From contig JBNJFB010000013.1 of assembly GCA_051746405.1 (NCBI GenBank), positions 1 through 50,347 of the forward strand: a stretch of DNA of 50,347 nucleotides. The letters run 5' to 3'. The translations under genes and the position numbers were made by a program. This document shows, one piece after another, positions 48,442-50,347 of the stretch. A model generated the notes under the pieces. It was not told the origin of the DNA, did not search any database, and saw nothing but the letters and a program-made list of their open reading frames with translations. Source of the stretch: Campylobacterota bacterium. Its GTDB lineage: Bacteria > Campylobacterota > Campylobacteria > Campylobacterales > Arcobacteraceae. Each line of letters opens with the position of its first letter. Position 1 is the stretch's first letter.

Positions 48442-50322
48442 ATGTTAGAAAACTTGAAAATCTCACAAAAACTCTACATGGGATTTGGTTTAATGATTGC
48501 TATTCTTGTAATTGTTACAGTTATAGGAATTAATAGAGTTAATTTTATTGATGATACATTAAATGAGATAGTTGAAGTAAATCAAGTGAAACAAAGATAT
48601 GCAATTAACTTTAGAGGTAGTGTTCACGATAGAGCTATTGCTATAAGAGATATTGTACTATCTGATAGTAAAAATGATGAGTTATTTAAAAAATCTCTTG
48701 AAGATATAAGACGTTTAGAGAAGTTTTATGTAAAATCAGCAAAGCCAATGGATAAGATTTTTGATGAAAATAGAAATGTTGATAAAAAAGAGATTGATAT
48801 TTTAAATAGAATTAAAGAGATTGAAAAGAAGACTTTGCCTTTAATTGAGAAAATTATTTCAAATAAAAAAGATGGGAATCATGAAAAAGCTCAACAGATA
48901 TTGCTAAGTCAAACAAGTGGATTATTTACAAAGTGGCTAGGTACAATAAATGAGTTTATTGATTATGAAGAGAGTAAAAACTTAATTGCAACTCCAAAAG
49001 CAAGAGATGCAGCAAGTGGTTTTGCTACCATGATTATATCTGTATTGGTAATAGCACTAATTATAGCCATAGCCATTGCTTACTTTATCTCAAGACAGCT
49101 AACAAACTCAGCTATAAAGATACAAGGTGGATTAAAAAGCTTCTTTGATTTTGTAAATAAAAAGAGTAATGATACTAAGCTAATAAAATTAAGCTCAAAG
49201 GATGAGTTTGGTCAAATGGCTAATATGCTAAATGAAAATATTGAAAAAACAAAATCAAATCTAAAAGATGATGAAGAGTTTGTAAAAGATGTTACAAGGG
49301 TTATAAATGAATTAAGTAGTGGTAATATGCTTGCTAAATTTCAAAAAGATACTAATACCCAAAGTTTAAAAGAGTTAAAAGGACTTATTGAACACTTGCA
49401 AGACTATTTAGAACACACAGTTGCAAGGGATTTAAATCAATTAATTGAAGTATTAGAAACATTCAAAAACAAAGATTTTACAAAAAGATTTCCAGATGCT
49501 TATGCTCAAGTAGCAGTTATTATAAATGGTTTAGGAGATGAGATTTCAAATCTTTTAAAACAGTCTTTAGATGTGGGTAAAATGGTTGAAAAGTCATCTA
49601 ATGAATTAATAACCAATGTAAATACTTTAAATGAGAGTACAAATAATGCAGCTGTTAGTTTAGAAGAGACATCCGCTTCATTAGAAGAGATTACAGCAAG
49701 TGTTGTAAGCAACTCTAAAAATGTGAGTTTAATGAATGATTACTCTAATAGTTTGATAAACTCAGCAAATAAAGGGCAAACATTAGCTAAATCAACATCA
49801 TCAGCAATGGAAGAGATAAATACTCAAGTTACAGATATAAGTGATGCAATTAGTGTTATTGACAATATTGCATTTCAAACAAATATCTTAAGTCTAAATG
49901 CAGCAGTTGAAGCAGCAACTGCAGGTGAAGCAGGAAAAGGTTTTGCTGTAGTAGCAGGTGAGGTTAGAAATCTTGCAAATAGAAGTGCTGAAGCTGCAGA
50001 TGAGATAAAAAAAATAGTTGAAAATGCTACAAAAAAAGCTGTAGAAGGAAAGAGTATTAGTTCAGAAATGATTCAAGGCTATGAAAAACTTCTTGAAGAT
50101 ATAGATAAAACAACACATACAATAAATGAGATATCAGTCTCATCAAAAGAACAAGAAAAAGGAATACAGCAAATAAATGATGCAGTTTCAAAGCTAGATA
50201 AGCAAACACAGCAAAATGCACAAATAGCAAGTAAAACTCATGAAGTAGCCAATGAAACAGGTAAAATGGCTAAGCAGATAGTATCAGATGTATTAGAGAA
50301 AGATTTTGTAGGAAAAAGTTAG
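48442..50322 (+). CDS. Methyl-accepting chemotaxis protein with four-helix-bundle periplasmic sensor
   Basis: TM1, 4HB-like sensor, TM2, HAMP (DEFGQMA), [37 protein letters not shown]. Confidence 0.95.
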   Translation: MLENLKISQKLYMGFGLMIAILVIVTVIGINRVNFIDDTLNEIVEVNQVKQRYAINFRGSVHDRAIAIRDIVLSDSKNDELFKKSLEDIRRLEKFYVKSAKPMDKIFDENRNVDKKEIDILNRIKEIEKKTLPLIEKIISNKKDGNHEKAQQILLSQTSGLFTKWLGTINEFIDYEESKNLIATPKARDAASGFATMIISVLVIALIIAIAIAYFISRQLTNSAIKIQGGLKSFFDFVNKKSNDTKLIKLSSKDEFGQMANMLNENIEKTKSNLKDDEEFVKDVTRVINELSSGNMLAKFQKDTNTQSLKELKGLIEHLQDYLEHTVARDLNQLIEVLETFKNKDFTKRFPDAYAQVAVIINGLGDEISNLLKQSLDVGKMVEKSSNELITNVNTLNESTNNAAVSLEETSASLEEITASVVSNSKNVSLMNDYSNSLINSANKGQTLAKSTSSAMEEINTQVTDISDAISVIDNIAFQTNILSLNAAVEAATAGEAGKGFAVVAGEVRNLANRSAEAADEIKKIVENATKKAVEGKSISSEMIQGYEKLLEDIDKTTHTINEISVSSKEQEKGIQQINDAVSKLDKQTQQNAQIASKTHEVANETGKMAKQIVSDVLEKDFVGKS

Positions 50323-50347
50323 ATTAAAAAAAGGTATAAATCTCTTT

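Overview
AT-rich bacterial chromosome segment. Gene content and protein sequences (GluRS1-type gltX, mqnP, RNase J with a long N-terminal extension, tRNA-Arg(UCG), a crdA-like gene) point to Campylobacterota, probably Arcobacteraceae (inference). Housekeeping genes (hemJ, rarA, rluB, kdsD, rnj, rsmA, hisF, rlmN, gltX, hom, rlmB, rsmI, rpmE, miaA, mqnP, dapF, coaE, purM) surround three accessory-looking blocks. (1) An approximately 11 kb copper island (11127-21963) holds DUF411 and SHOCT genes, a CrdRS-like two-component system, a CrdA-TolC-CusB-CusA efflux operon, and a yceI-precursor-DUF692(MNIO)-DUF2063 RiPP metallophore operon. All three target promoters share one box: 8-bp half-site, 3 nt, 8-bp half-site, 8 nt, -10. 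This suggests a single copper regulon coupling efflux to a modified Cys-rich peptide. (2) A reverse-order HipA kinase-XRE HTH module lies next to tRNA-Arg(UCG), with a perfect 17-bp inverted repeat around its extended -10. (3) A 9.5 kb signalling operon (34009-43488) encodes a PAS hybrid kinase with Hpt, a CheB-CheR-PAS fusion ending in a degenerate kinase, a PAS-GGDEF-EAL protein, and a stand-alone CarH-type B12-binding protein (W-x9-EH, ExHxxG) with a putative globin-like N-terminus. An unannotated 35-aa membrane ORF lies between rlmN and gltX. No CRISPR array, integrase or transposase was seen. All calls come from motif recognition by eye; no searches were run.
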